A DNA stretch of 63,701 bases, the filler included, from Reticulomyxa filosa (lineage: Eukaryota > Protista > Foraminifera), in NCBI GenBank assembly GCA_000512085.1. It is 15 parts of 15 records of this genome, joined end to end, with 100 filler letters (N's around TTAATTAATTAA, not from the genome) between each part and the next. Parts side by side here need not be neighbours in the genome. Positions count along the whole stretch, not along the records: positions 50,161 to 51,567 come from ASPP01015603.1; positions 51,668 to 53,017 come from ASPP01014892.1; positions 53,118 to 57,472 come from ASPP01004940.1; positions 57,573 to 59,207 come from ASPP01045746.1; positions 59,308 to 63,701 come from ASPP01027152.1; 10 more parts are not named here. One strand, 5' to 3'. The position numbers and the translations under genes are program-made. Below the pieces are notes generated by a model that was given only the letters and a program-made list of their open reading frames with translations, was not told where the DNA came from and ran no database searches. Each line of letters opens with the position of its first letter. Position 1 is the first letter of the stretch. Below, one piece after another: positions 50,875 to 63,489 of the stretch.

Positions 50875-51510
50875 ATGGCAACCTGTAATGTGGCAAAATG
50901 TAATTGCAAAAAATTTGCCTCCTCTCATTCGGAGCCGACAAACTGTGAATGCGGACATGCAGAATCGCAGCACTCAGACTCGAAAACAGGTAATAATGGC
51001 AGCAAAGCAAGGGGCACAGGTCCGCGTCCATCGGCATCATACAACAAGCCATTGCCACCAAAAGACAAGCCACTGCCAAAGAGGGAAGACAACGAAAAGA
51101 GTAGCAAAGGACAACATGCCGGAGAGGTCTTGCTTCCAGTGGCGACCAGTATAACCATGCATCAAGACAATAACAATAGCAACAGCAATAACAATGACAA
51201 AATTGCAGCGAGCAAACGATTGTCCGTAGGGAATCGTCAGTCACGCCTTCCGTCGACGCATCAATATTCGCAGTCGGCGACATTGCCAGCGGCCAAAGCG
51301 AATGAAAAAAGCACAGGCCTGCAAACGTCCACGACGATAACCATCCAACCCAAGCCATCAACCACCACGATAGCAAACGTAGTCCCACCCACTGCTCACT
51401 CCAACGGCGGTAACATCACCAATGCCAATAATGCCATCAGCGAATTGAGAGATTATCTGGCGGAGTACAAGGAGGAGTCTACCCATTTGATGGACTTGAA
51501 AAATGGTTTT
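50875..51510 (+). CDS. Hypothetical protein, first exon, with an N-terminal Cys/His cluster and Pro-rich motifs; 3' partial
   Basis: MATCNVAKCNCKKF...CECGHAESQH, then KPLPPKDKPLP. Probable donor near 51507. Confidence 0.65.
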
Positions 51511-51667
51511 TAAATATATACACATATATGTATACCTCTTTTTCAGTATTAACTTGTACTTTTTTGGNNNNNNNNNNNNNNNNNNNNNNNNNNNNNNNNN
51601 NNNNNNNNNNNTTAATTAATTAANNNNNNNNNNNNNNNNNNNNNNNNNNNNNNNNNNNNNNNNNNNN

Positions 51668-51699
<32 letters not shown>

Positions 51700-51724
51700 G
51701 TACATAGATACATAAATAAATATA

Positions 51725-51882
51725 CCAGAATATATCGCAAAATGATCACATTAAAATCGTCAATCCATCCAGTTTTATTGATCAACAATGAATGCATCCA
51801 ATATTCAATGATTATTTCAATTTCTGTTTTTTTCTTTTGGATATCACACAGCTTTCTTTCTACTGACATATTTATTGTCATA

Positions 51883-51920
<38 letters not shown>

Positions 51921-53017
51921 GTTATAACTTTCAGCTTTTTGATATCCAATTCTTGCCTCATTTCTTCCAAATCAATATTGATATCTTCAATATCAACAAT
52001 GTGTTTGTCTTCGAATATCCATTGTTCTTCTCCTTTCACCACCCATTTCTTCACCTCCGTTTTCTTAAGTGTCGATACTCCATCATGATCAATAGGCATT
52101 CCAAGCATGTAGACAAATGATTTGTCTTCACTTAATAAAGCAATATAATTACCTCGTGATATAGACAAAGGTTGTTCATGTTTCATCCATTTATTTCTAA
52201 TTATCGAATATTTGTGCAACAATATGGAAGTGTCACCAGAACGATTTACACCACCGAAAAATAAAATAAAGTTATCAACGCAGACAAAAGGATATCGATA
52301 AAACGATCTAATGCTTGTGCAAACACGCACTTTATGAAATTGGAATGAGTTGTTGTCTTCATCATATTCAATTGACAATCCTGTCATGAAACAAAATAAT
52401 AACATTATATTATTTTTGTTCGCCTTGTTTGCATTTGCATTTTTTTTAGTTATTTCAAAATCATTTTCTGGTTTTAATATAAGACAATGAAAATGCACAT
52501 TATTATTAGTTGGGAAGGAATCACGTTTAATAAATTGAAATGTGATCAAATCAAACACATGAATATTGCTTGGATAGTAAGTGATAAATAACAAATGATT
52601 GTCTCTTCCACCAATCACTGCACGCATTCCATAATAATTATCTTCATCTCTTCCAATAGAAATCAAATTGTTGTCGCTGTCTGTCAATGGAAGCCAGCAA
52701 TTGCAATTCTTTGTTTTATTCATTCCATTGTTATTACCCCAAACACTTACATATCTCAACATCAATGTATGTTTATATAGTCCACCAAAAGACAACAAAA
52801 CGGTTTCATTGCTGTCTTTGCTTTCTACAAATTTCACCACGCAATGTCCGGTTAATTTAACTTCATTCGGATAAGAACAAATAAACTTGTATTCGTTTTT
52901 GAGGATATGATAAGAATAACAATCTCTTTCGTTTTTACCTCCACAAATAAGTATTTCGTCTTTGCACATTACACACTGGATATTTTCGAGTACGACCGGC
53001 AAAGACGACAAGTTTTC
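51725..53017 (-). CDS. Kelch-like repeat protein with a 'GWIDDF' motif exon (paralogue of 9348-11669), partial
   Basis: 377-aa ORF (EILICGG...CYSYH...GHCVV...LLSFGG...RAVIGG), followed after an intron by EIEIIIEYWMHSLLINKTGWIDDFNVIILRY. Confidence 0.85.
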
Positions 53018-54949
53018 NNNNNNNNNNNNNNNNNNNNNNNNNNNNNNNNNNNNNNNNNNNNTTAATTAATTAANNNNNNNNNNNNNNNNNNNNNNNNNNN
53101 NNNNNNNNNNNNNNNNNCAATTTGCAATGTTTATTTTTAAACAATTTATGAGCTTTCTTGTTATTTTTTATCATACATAACAGAAGAAATAGTTTGCAAA
53201 TGTTTAGAGTTACTCCAATTGATAAGTACATTGTTAGATGAATTTTCTTTGAACATAAGAAAGCAATAACTTTCATATCTAATCTTTTAAACATACATAT
53301 AATTTGTTTGTAATATTTAGTTTCTAAAATGCTATTTTTTCAGTTCATAGAATGATATTTTTCCATTTATGATTTTTATTCATACTTTGTCATATTCCAG
53401 TATACTTTTCTAGTATGTTATAATAAGAATAGATATATTTTAAAAATAGTTAGTTTATGAGTCAAAATTCCTTTTGTATTTTTGTGGCAGGCAGTTTTGT
53501 CAAAAGATATTGCCAGTTGATTTTTTAATGTTTTCAAAACAGCATCAAAAGCGAGTTTTCAAACAGAAACAATTGTTTGTTTTTTACAAAAGCCGCCAAG
53601 GTTCCAAATGAACACTGTGAACGTTTACAGTTTTACGGGTTATTTCGACAGTATTTGTTTGTCCTTGAAATACTTTAAGAGCATTTCTTTTCAAAATGCG
53701 ACTGGGATAAGAAATGTGGATATTTTTTGTTAGACTCATGTTAACATATGAGTTCCTAGTCAATTGTAATTGACAAATAAGCAGAAATGGCTGCAAAGGC
53801 CAAACAGCATTGTTTGGAGGCTACTTGTTGATACAAAAGTCAACAAAAAACACAAAAAAACTACAATTTTGACTGCCCCTTCCAGTCACCGACATAAAAC
53901 CACAACTCTTTTTATTTTTGTTTTGTTCCTTTTTCTGTTAAAAAAACAAAACAAAAACACATAACAAAAGAAACAAAGCAAAACAAAAAACACTAACTAA
54001 TCAACAAGAAAGTCACCCACACCGAAAATTCAAAACTTTCAGAAGGAGAAAAAAAAGGAAAAACAAAAACAGGAAAACAAAAAAAAAATAAAACAAAACA
54101 AATAAACAAAAGAAAAAAATTTGACTACATTGATAAAATGCACACATGGTCTTCAAAACCTTAACCGGTCCATACATTGCAAAGTGATGTCTGATTACAT
54201 ATTTTTTTTGTTTCCTCAATCTTCAGTAACAACAGCAATCAAATCACATTAAACAGCAAAAGTCACAAAAATAACGCAGTACAACATAAAAACACACACA
54301 AAGGAGAGAGATACGTTACAAGTCAATTTACACAAAACATGAAAAGGGAGAGATATAGATGATAGATAGAAAAGAGCCAACACAAAACAAACAAACAAAC
54401 AAACAAACAAAAAAGCAGAACCAAACAAACCTTAGAGTAAAAGGATATTCTTTGCTTGCATGGCACTTAAAACAGAACAACAGTTTTCCAATCAAATTGA
54501 TACAAACAACACCAGAAAAAAATGATCAACAAAAGAATCTTTTTTTTTTTTTCTTTCTCTCTTTCGTGTCTGACATAAAAAAGTCTTTTCCATCTGCCCC
54601 TTCCACTGCGATGAGGGGGGAGAGAAAGAGTGAAGAGAAGCGGAGGAGAAGCAAGGGAGAAGAAGAATAGGACAAAGTAGGATGAGTAAGAATAGTCTAT
54701 ATGATAAAATAGGAGGGGGGGGGAAAAAAATAAAAAGTAAAATATACAACAACAATGACAGCATTGAAACAATGTTAATGGTTTTGTTAATAAACATGGA
54801 CCAGTATTATAATATATATATATCGCTTTTTGATTATTATTATTATTATTATAATTTTTTTTTTTTTAACATATATATACATATATGTGTAAGGATATTA
54901 ATATCTACTTGTGACATGAATATTGGAGTGATCAAAGAAAGAAGTGGAT

Positions 54950-57445
54950 TCACTTGGACAAGGTAATAGCATCATCTTTTTCCACGAGGGCGGTTAGTCT
55001 TTCTTTGGAAGGTTCCAATCGTGGCGAGAACGAGACGGAAGCTTCATTGTTATCACTTCTCTGATTGGTATCGTGATGGACGTCATCTTCGACATCGGCA
55101 TCGACATCGGCGTCGGTATCGATTTCGACATCAGTGTTGACGTTATTGTCATCAGCGAACTGGGGATAGTAATGAGAAGGGAGTCCATGACTGCTACGTG
55201 TGTGAGTACGACTCTCTTCATTGCTCAAGCTCGCGTGACCTTCATCTCGTAATCGCGGCAGAGACGATTGGTTTTGCAAGGCGAGGATGGTGGCGCCCGT
55301 GTTTTTGACGCGTTTGATTGAAACGGAGGACTGTTGCATGCGAGGCAACTGCTGCAGTTTCTGTATAAACATTTGCGGCTCTTTGTTGTCCATGTCCGCA
55401 TTTGTTTGCGGAAGCGAAGTGTCCATTTCGTTACCGATCACGTCGGGGATATTCGACACGCCCCCGACATCGGGGTTTGAAGCAATTGTGCTAAGTATTA
55501 TCGATTCGCCACGGTCTATCTGTCCATTCATCACAACGAGGACATTGCTATTGTTATTGTTGTTATTGGTATTAGTAGTAATGGTGTTGCTGTCATTGTT
55601 GTTATTATTATCATTGTCATTAGTATCAATGTTGATAATAATATCCTTGTTATTGTTTTTTTTGTCATTGTTATTGCTATTGCTAGTTGTAGTAATAGTA
55701 GTAGTATTTATGTTATTATTGCTATTGTTATTGTTATTGTCATTACGTGCTCTGTTGTCATCATTGTTATTGTTATTGTTATTGTTATTGTTATTGTTAT
55801 TATCGTCATTGTTGTTATTGTCGCTACTTATTCCCGCGATGTTATAAGCGGCGTTAGTAGAGGTAATGATCGGAGAGGTATGCGGATTTTCGGTCGTTGT
55901 GATCATTCCTTGTCTGCGGTTCAATTCGCTCACCGATGAAATGGCAGTCATCTTTATGCTGCTGTCGTTCAAGTTGTGTTGGAATTCGCTGCTCGTGCCC
56001 GTTCGGTCGCGATTGTACTCTTCCAATACTACCATTCCATCATCTTCCGTTTCCATCGTTCTATGTTCGTGTTCACGTTCTTGTGTTGTCACCATTGGCT
56101 CTGGTGTCGTCTCTATGTGATTTTTTGGACATTCTCTTCCTTTCTCATCCCTCCTCCTCTTCGTTTTGTCAAATCAAAACATTTAGAAATAGCAATGTTT
56201 TTATACATTACATCAATGTACGTTACACGTTGTACACAAGTTATGTATGATCGTATACGCGTTTTTATGTTTGATTGTTCTTTTTTTTTTTTTTTCCCCC
56301 CCCTTTTTTTTTTGAAACTGAGTGAATTGCGCTGTTGCGAGTGATCCGAAAATTCTTTTGATTCGAGATCCTGTTTGATAAGAGGAGAGGACGATGGCAG
56401 CACATCGGTGACGCGAGGGACGAGACTGATGCGACTGGAATTGGGCGGAACGCTGTCCAGCAGGTCTTTGAGCGTGGTCATATCGGGATGGAACTTGCGC
56501 ACCAAGTCGGGCAACTCGACGAGCACACTATTGACAGGCGTGTGCAATTTGGTTGGCAGCTTGTAATTGGGTAGGCGTTTCATCTGCGAAATGTCGTACT
56601 GGATGTCGTTGTTGTCATTGCCATCGACGGTGGGGTCGGGACAATCGGGGGCGTTCAGTGCATTACTGCTGTCCATGATACCGCTCAAGTGGGACAATTC
56701 CGCCACGATTTCGCTGAAGGTGGGCCGATATTCCGGCTGGGTTTGCCAACATCGTTGGATCAGATATTGCAGAGGAGGAGGCCACGAGTTGGGTACATTG
56801 GGACGATAGTTCTTGTGTAGCACGTGATAGGCCACTGATATCTTGGGCAGATCAGGATACGGCTCCGATCCTGTAAACACTTCCCACATTAAAATACCAA
56901 AGCTATATGCATCGGTCTTCGTATTGTATAGATTCCCGCATATCGATTCCGGACTCATCCATTTTATCGGCCCGACTTTCGTCTCCGTGAAATTGCCGCG
57001 CTCCGCACCCCCTTCCGCTATGCGGCTCAGACCGAAGTCGCACACCACCGCCCGAACGCGAGACCCCTTTAGCTCTCTTACCGGAATAAAGTCCAGCAAT
57101 ATGTTGCGAGCAGCGATATCGCGATGCACAATCTTTGCCTCGTGCAAATGAAGTATCCCTTTGGCCTTTGTTTATGTACATATATATATAGATATGTATA
57201 TGCATATACATATCTAAATATATGTATATATTTAATATCTTGCAGGATAAAAACAAACAAATAACTGCTTGACACATCATTCCGATAACCTCTCGAAAGG
57301 TGAAGAAGCGTCTTGTGGACTCCTTGTGTGTCAATGAAAAAGCAACTTCCATCGAGCCCCCATTTAGAAATTCCGCGACAATCGAATACGGATGTTTCGT
57401 GTATCCATAGATTTGTAGCACGTTGTTATGTCCTGCCAACTTCGC
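54950..57445 (-). CDS. TKL/tyrosine-kinase-type protein kinase with a long Asn-rich tail, 5' partial
   Basis: HNNVLQIYG, IVHRDIAARNILL, DFGLSR, GPIKWMSPES, DAYSFGILMWE, CWQTQPEYRPTF. Tail in ORF 54950..56095. Confidence 0.9.
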
Positions 57446-58693
57446 CGCAATATCTTTTTTTTTTTTTTTTTTNNNNNNNNNNNNNNNNNNNNNNNNNNNN
57501 NNNNNNNNNNNNNNNNTTAATTAATTAANNNNNNNNNNNNNNNNNNNNNNNNNNNNNNNNNNNNNNNNNNNNTTACCTGAGATTTTTCATCTGTTTTCTT
57601 GTTTTCAGTATCAAATTTTTTTTCCACTTATGATAATTTCAAAAAATAAGGAACACCCAAATTGAATGATTGATAACTTTGTTATCCCTTGTTTTTTTTA
57701 TTTTGGATAGTCAAAGTATAGACTCGAAATATTTTGAAATGAGTCTTTAGCTTGTTTCTTTATTTGGTCATAATACAGCGACAAAAAAAACATAAAAACA
57801 TGATCTAATAAAAAAAGTTTTGGTAACAAATTAATTTGTACATAAACATTGAGAAACTTCGTATAACAATCGACCCTCACTGTTGTGAGGATTTTTTGTA
57901 ATTTCACATATTGGTTATTGTGAATCATCAATTTCAATCGATGAACAGAAGATAATATTGTGGAAGTGGTGTATAATCGAATATTTGATTTATTTATTTA
58001 TGATAATTTCATGTATTATTCACTTTCGAAACACAAAAAAAAATTAATATCCTCATTTTGATTGTGACGATAGATATACAATGTTAACCTGAATATTATC
58101 AATCAGGATAGACCACAATAGACAAACGTATTTGTTTAAGCTGCGATGACAGCATTTTATTTTTGAATGTTGGGTTTGCACTGACTCTATTCTTTCTTTT
58201 TCGGCAGCTGTTACATTTTTGTAGAGGACTACGTTGGCGAATGAACTCTCCATGTTGTATAGGTTGGCTTGTTAGGCTGTTTAAAGAAAGAAAAGCCAAA
58301 ACAATCTTTATAAGGTCAAAAAGAACTTTTTCTAAAAAGGGAAAACTTTTTCTCTTCTAGAGAAAAGAAAAAGTAATGATTCATTCCAAAAAAACAATTT
58401 TAATTTCAATTATCTGTAGTTAATCGTTTTTTAAAACCAAAAATGATATACTATACAAAGTTTTTGACAATTCTTTTTGTCAATTTGTTTTGTCAAAAAT
58501 GCCAAAATATTCTAAAAAATTGCAAATTTACATTTTTTTAATAGATATTTATGAATTGTGCATCTACATCTTATTCAAGAAAAAAGGTCTTTTTTTTTTC
58601 TTTGATTGTATCTCTCTCTCTTTAGTACCGGTTCATAATTAGGGCGTCAATCGTCTTCTTAGCAACACTGGTATGTCTTTTTTGTTTTTTAAG

Positions 58694-58990
58694 TTATTTT
58701 GCAACTTAAAAGTGTTTTTGTTTTGTTTTGTTTTGTTTAAACAGTTCGCAAACTCTAAAAAAAATAATACAAAATATGTCATTTTTGTTTGGATGCTTTG
58801 CATCCTTTATCAAGAGAAAAAAATAATTGATTATAGGTAAATCTTTTTCTATTTTTTTCAAATAATTTTGCAACTAAAAAAAAAATGGTTTTGTTTTTGT
58901 AACAGTTCTCAAACTTTGACAAAAAAAAAAAAGAATGGTCTTTTTGTTTGGATGTTGTGCATCCTTCAACAAAAGAAAAAAAAAATGAAT
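58694..58990. repeat. Diverged tandem duplication of about 170 bp
   Basis: TTTTGCAACT...AACAGTTC(G/T)CAAACT...TTTTTGTTTGGATG(CTT/TTG)TGCATCCTT occurs twice, starting near 58694 and 58863. Confidence 0.7.
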
Positions 58991-59307
58991 ACGGGCAAGG
59001 CCCCCCGTCTCCGCAAGGAGAACATAAGGTTTGTTGTCTGTTTTTTTTTTTTGTTTTGTTTTTTTGACATAATTAACTTTGTGTGATTTCAATAACAGCT
59101 GCAGCCCGTCCATCAAAAAAATAAAAATAAAAAAATTATACGTCCCACCCTCCAAAGAAAAATACAGGGGTTGAAGCTACCCCGCATTGAAAATAAAATA
59201 AAAAAGTNNNNNNNNNNNNNNNNNNNNNNNNNNNNNNNNNNNNNNNNNNNNTTAATTAATTAANNNNNNNNNNNNNNNNNNNNNNNNNNNNNNNNNNNNN
59301 NNNNNNN

Positions 59308-62300
59308 TGTCCAAGTACTCTTGCAAGTCTTCCTCCGCCTCAAAGCCACTTTCAGCTTGTTGAAGCTCTTTTATTTCCTGTTGTATTCTCTCTAACTCTA
59401 GTTCATCTTTAGTAATCTCATTCTTTTTCTCTTGCTCCCTGTCCAAGTACTCTTGCAAGTCTTCCTCCGCCTCAAAGCCACTTCCAGCTTGTTGAAGCTC
59501 TTTTATTTTTTGCCTCACCGTCTCTAGCTGCTGTTGCTCAACAGCAACAGCATTCTCTTGCCTCTGTAATCCAATCCAACTCGCCTTGTAAAAAGAGTTT
59601 TAATGTCTCATTCTCTTGCGTGTCTATAGATTTCTTAATCCTTGCCAGTTTTCGCTCTACTTTCCCTAGCTCCAGCTGTTTTTGAGCAATATCGCCCTTT
59701 ATCCGCATCTCCTCATTCAATTGGCCTTGCAAATCTTTTTCTGACTCATAGTCGCTTTTAGCCTGTTGAGTCTCTTTTTTTTCTTGGCGGCGGTTCTTTA
59801 ACTCCAATTCAGTTTGAGTAATATCATCCTTTATTCGCTGGATTTCCTTCAGTTTACTTTGCAAGTTTTCTTTTATTTCTTGCTGTTCTACATCCTGTTG
59901 ATTTATTTTTATTTCTTGCTCTAGTTTCCCTAGCTCCAGCTGTTTTTGAGCAATATCGCCCTTTATCCGCTTAATGGCCTTCGATTTATTATCAAATATT
60001 GTTTGAAGTTTGACTCTCAGTTGCATACTAGAGTTCCAAATTTCCTGTTTTTCATGCTCTAGTTTCTCCAGCTGTTTTTGAGCAATATCGACCTCTGCTT
60101 GCTCTATTTCCTTCAAATTATTTGGTAAATTTGTTTGTATATCTTCTTCCTGGTGTGGTGCAGAATCCTGGCTCTCTTTTACTCTTTCATCTGCTTCCTT
60201 TAGCTGCTGTTGATTTGCAATAATTTGTTTAATTTTTTTTGTAGCTTTTTTATATCTGCTTTTTTGTCGCAGAACCTTTGTTCTGCTTTCTTTCTCTGAG
60301 TTCTTTCAAACTCAACAAGATCTTTTTTTTCTTGCTCTAGTACCTCTAACTCCATCCGTTTTTGAGCAATATCGACCTCTATTTGCTCTACTTCCTTCAA
60401 TTTATTTTGTAAGTTTATTTTTGCTTGTTCATGGCATTTTACAACATATTGAATCTTTTCTACTTCTTGTTGTATTCCTTCTAGCTCTATTGTTTTTCGA
60501 GCATGCTCTTCCTCTAGATATCTTGCTTGATTCTCTTTATATTGTATCTCAATTCTTAGCTCTTCTATAAACTTCGTAGTCTTTTCTATTTTTTGTTGCA
60601 CTTCTTGTAGAGTTACTTCGCTTTGCACAATACTTTTCTCTAGCGTTTCTTTTTCCTCTAATTTTTTCTCAAATCTTTTTTCTTTTTATCATTATTTTTT
60701 ATATCTTTTTCCATCAAAAACTTAGCTTGCTTTTTGTGTGCGATCTCCTTTTGCTTTTGCTCAATACTTGCTTTTAGTATGGTTAACGCCTCCTTCATCT
60801 GCTTTATAGATTGCCTATTCTCCTCTGCTTCATCCTCTAACTGCTTTATAGATTGCCTATTCTCCTCTGCTTCATCCTCTAACTGCTTTATAGATTGCCT
60901 ATTCTCCTCTGCTTCATCCTCTAACTGCTTTATAGATTGCCTATTCTCTTCTAGCTGTTCGTATTTGATCTTGAATACCTCTTCCCCTTGAGCAATGTCG
61001 TTACTTAGAGATATAAATTCACTTTTATATCTTCGAAGCAAATTTGTAGTTTTACATACCTTATCTTTATTTATCTTTTCCAAAAAAGAGGCTAATAAAT
61101 CTTGATTTATATCAAGCTCAATATTAGTATTAGCAAAATTAAAATTATCCTCCACAAAGTTCGGCTTTATTATAGCTTGGTTACCTCCTTGAAACGGCGG
61201 CTCACTTGTTGAGCTTGTAACATCAGTGGAATCAAGAGTATTCCATTCTGTCTCAATATTAGCAAAATCTTCACTACTTGGGTCACTACTTTCTATCCCT
61301 AACTTTTTTATATCGTATAATAAATCATCGAATAGCTGAAGAATACTAATAAAAGTAGTGGCATCAATATCTTGTTGCTGTTTTGGTTGATCATTAATTG
61401 AAGATGTGCATCTGATATTTGGCTCCTGAGGATCTGAGCTCTTTATAAACTGAAAGTCTATTTTTCTCAGATCCTCATCTAATCTTTTTTGCCATGCCTC
61501 AGTATCAAAATCCTTTATATCTTGTACAAATCTTTCTACTGTTTCTAGCTTTGTCTTTAAGTCACATTGTTTTTGGAAAATGGATTTTTTAAGATCCATG
61601 ATCTCGTTGTTCAACTCGGACACATGTATTTCTAAATCGTATCCTTCACTTGGTTCTACTAAAAATGTCTTAAGAGTTAATAAATTTTGCTTTAGGATAT
61701 TTAACTCAATTGTTTTTTGAGAAATGCCCTCTTTTAAAAGCTCTATATCTGAGAAACTTAGTGCTTTTATATTATTTAAACTGTGTATTGGCTTTAGTTG
61801 ATCCTCTAGTATATTCGTTATTGGTAGGTCTTTAATAAGCCGTAGTGCAAATTGTATTGCAATCTCTTTGCCTTCTTGCAAGTCTTCTTTTAACTTGTCC
61901 TTTCTGCCTATAACATCCCTAATCTTGATCATCATTTGATTTTTTGATATTATATTATCTGTTTTATCCGCATCGCCATACCTCTTACGCAACTCGGCTT
62001 CTTTGTTTGTTTGTTCTTGTCTCTTTTCTTCCAATTCCAGTTGTTTTTGAGTCAAAAGTCTCTCTGCTTCTTTACGCTGCTCCTTCATCGAGGATATACG
62101 TGCTTTTCTCACTACAAGTTCTTTTTCACCACTTTCTAATTTTTTTTCTTGTCCCTCTAGTTTCTGGCGTACCATCTGCGTTATAGCATGCTCTTTTTCT
62201 ATATCTGCCTGGGTGTTTCCATTTGTTTCCAAGCCCTCTTCTCTCGCGCGTACTTGCGTCATATCACGCATCCATTGGTGTCTTTTTTCTTCCAGCTTGC

Positions 62301-63345
62301 TTGCTACTTCTTGATAAGACTGCTCAGCGAATTTTATCTTTATTGTGAGTCGATTTATAAAGTCTGGATATTCAAGAATCTCTCTCTCCAGCGTCTTTAT
62401 ATAAACTCTCTCATTTTGTGTGCTTTGCTCTATCTCCACCAGCTGGTGTGCATCTGATTCCAAAGCTTGTAAGGACACTTCTAACGTATCCCATTTATCT
62501 ACTATAAAGTAATTTGCCTTTTCTATGCTTGACAGCAGCTCTTGAACTTTTCTGAGCTCACGTTCGACATGATTAACGCCAAAATCTACTGTACATAACA
62601 CTGGGCTCTGGGTCAACTTCGTCTCTATTAATGAGATCGCCTCTTTTATTGTAACAATGGTATACTCTAGACCTTTTTGCTCTTCGCTTAGTGTTTTTTC
62701 TAGTTTTAATTTTTTCACCAAGTCTTCGTGTCCATCTGTTCCTTGTCGAACTGTATCCATCTCTTGTTGCAGGGTCTGAACTCCTTCTTCTTTGATAACT
62801 ATTTCTTTTTCTAGCTGCTCTGACTCTTTCTTCAAAGCTCGTAACTGATCTTTTTTTACTTCAAGGAGGGGACTTTCTTCTAAAATTTGTTTCAAATCTT
62901 TTAGCTTCTTGTTTGTTGCTACAAGGCGCTTTTGGACGTCATCCAAGTTTTCCCTTTCATCTATAGCATTGTTTAAAAGCTCTTTAAACTCTAAAATTTC
63001 TGCCTGCTTTTGCAATATACGTTCTATATAAAAGTAAGCTTTTTTACTCAGTGCTACAACTTGATTTATATTTTTTTCTTGATTCAATTTTGTATTGAGG
63101 CGCGATTGCTGCTGAAAGATCTCATTAGCGATAGATTGAGCTTCCAACACTGAAACTGCATATCGGTATCGGTCTATATTATCAATATGATAAAGATTTG
63201 AAGGAAGATCAGTACCCTTGAAAGGTTTCATCAATTGAGTAATAGATGGGGCACTTAAAATAGTTTGGTTCTTTTCTAACCTCTCCTTTATCAGTTGCCC
63301 ATTGCGTGTAGTATCCTTTTTCCTCATAACCTTGCCTCTTAACAT
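59308..63345 (-). CDS. Giant intronless coiled-coil protein (at least 1340 codons), bacterial-like; three frameshifts, 3' partial
   Basis: Four consecutive E/K/Q/L-rich ORFs join by single-base shifts (about 60680, 60235, 59570). No introns. AGGAG lies 10 nt before the ATG. A DIAQKQLE motif recurs. Confidence 0.75.
60799..60947 (-). repeat. 42-bp (14-aa, two-heptad) perfect coding tandem repeat, 3.5 copies (EENRQSIKQLEDEA)
   Basis: Units at 60799-60840, 60841-60882 and 60883-60924, plus a partial copy. Confidence 0.95.
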
Positions 63346-63355
63346 TCAGGCTCAA

Positions 63356-63480
63356 CTCCTACCGTAAAAAATAAAAAAAGTAGAGCATCACCAAAGTAGA
63401 GCATCACCATTCTTTTTATCCAAAAGAACCTTAAATGCCTCCTAAAACAATAAAATACAACATAAAACTCCATACTTCAA
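63356..63480 (-). promoter_or_regulatory. Putative sigma70 promoter (TTGAAG-N17-TATTTT) and Shine-Dalgarno site AGGAG
   Basis: -35 at 63475-63480, -10 at 63452-63457, SD at 63356-63360. Motif match only, in AT-rich DNA. Confidence 0.4.
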
Positions 63481-63489
63481 CGTATATTA

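Noticed and set aside
11844-59307. Regularly recurring TTAATTAATTAA palindrome as a biological repeat or CRISPR-like array
   Set aside because: It is always centred in an exactly 100-bp N-padded block, so it is an artificial contig linker. Gene order across linkers was therefore not interpreted.
60799-60947. 42-bp repeats as a CRISPR array
   Set aside because: The units are head-to-tail with no spacers and are in frame within a coding sequence.
60658-63345. SMC, myosin or 'viral A-type inclusion' assignment for the coiled-coil ORF
   Set aside because: No ATPase or motor motifs; any such similarity would be compositional only.
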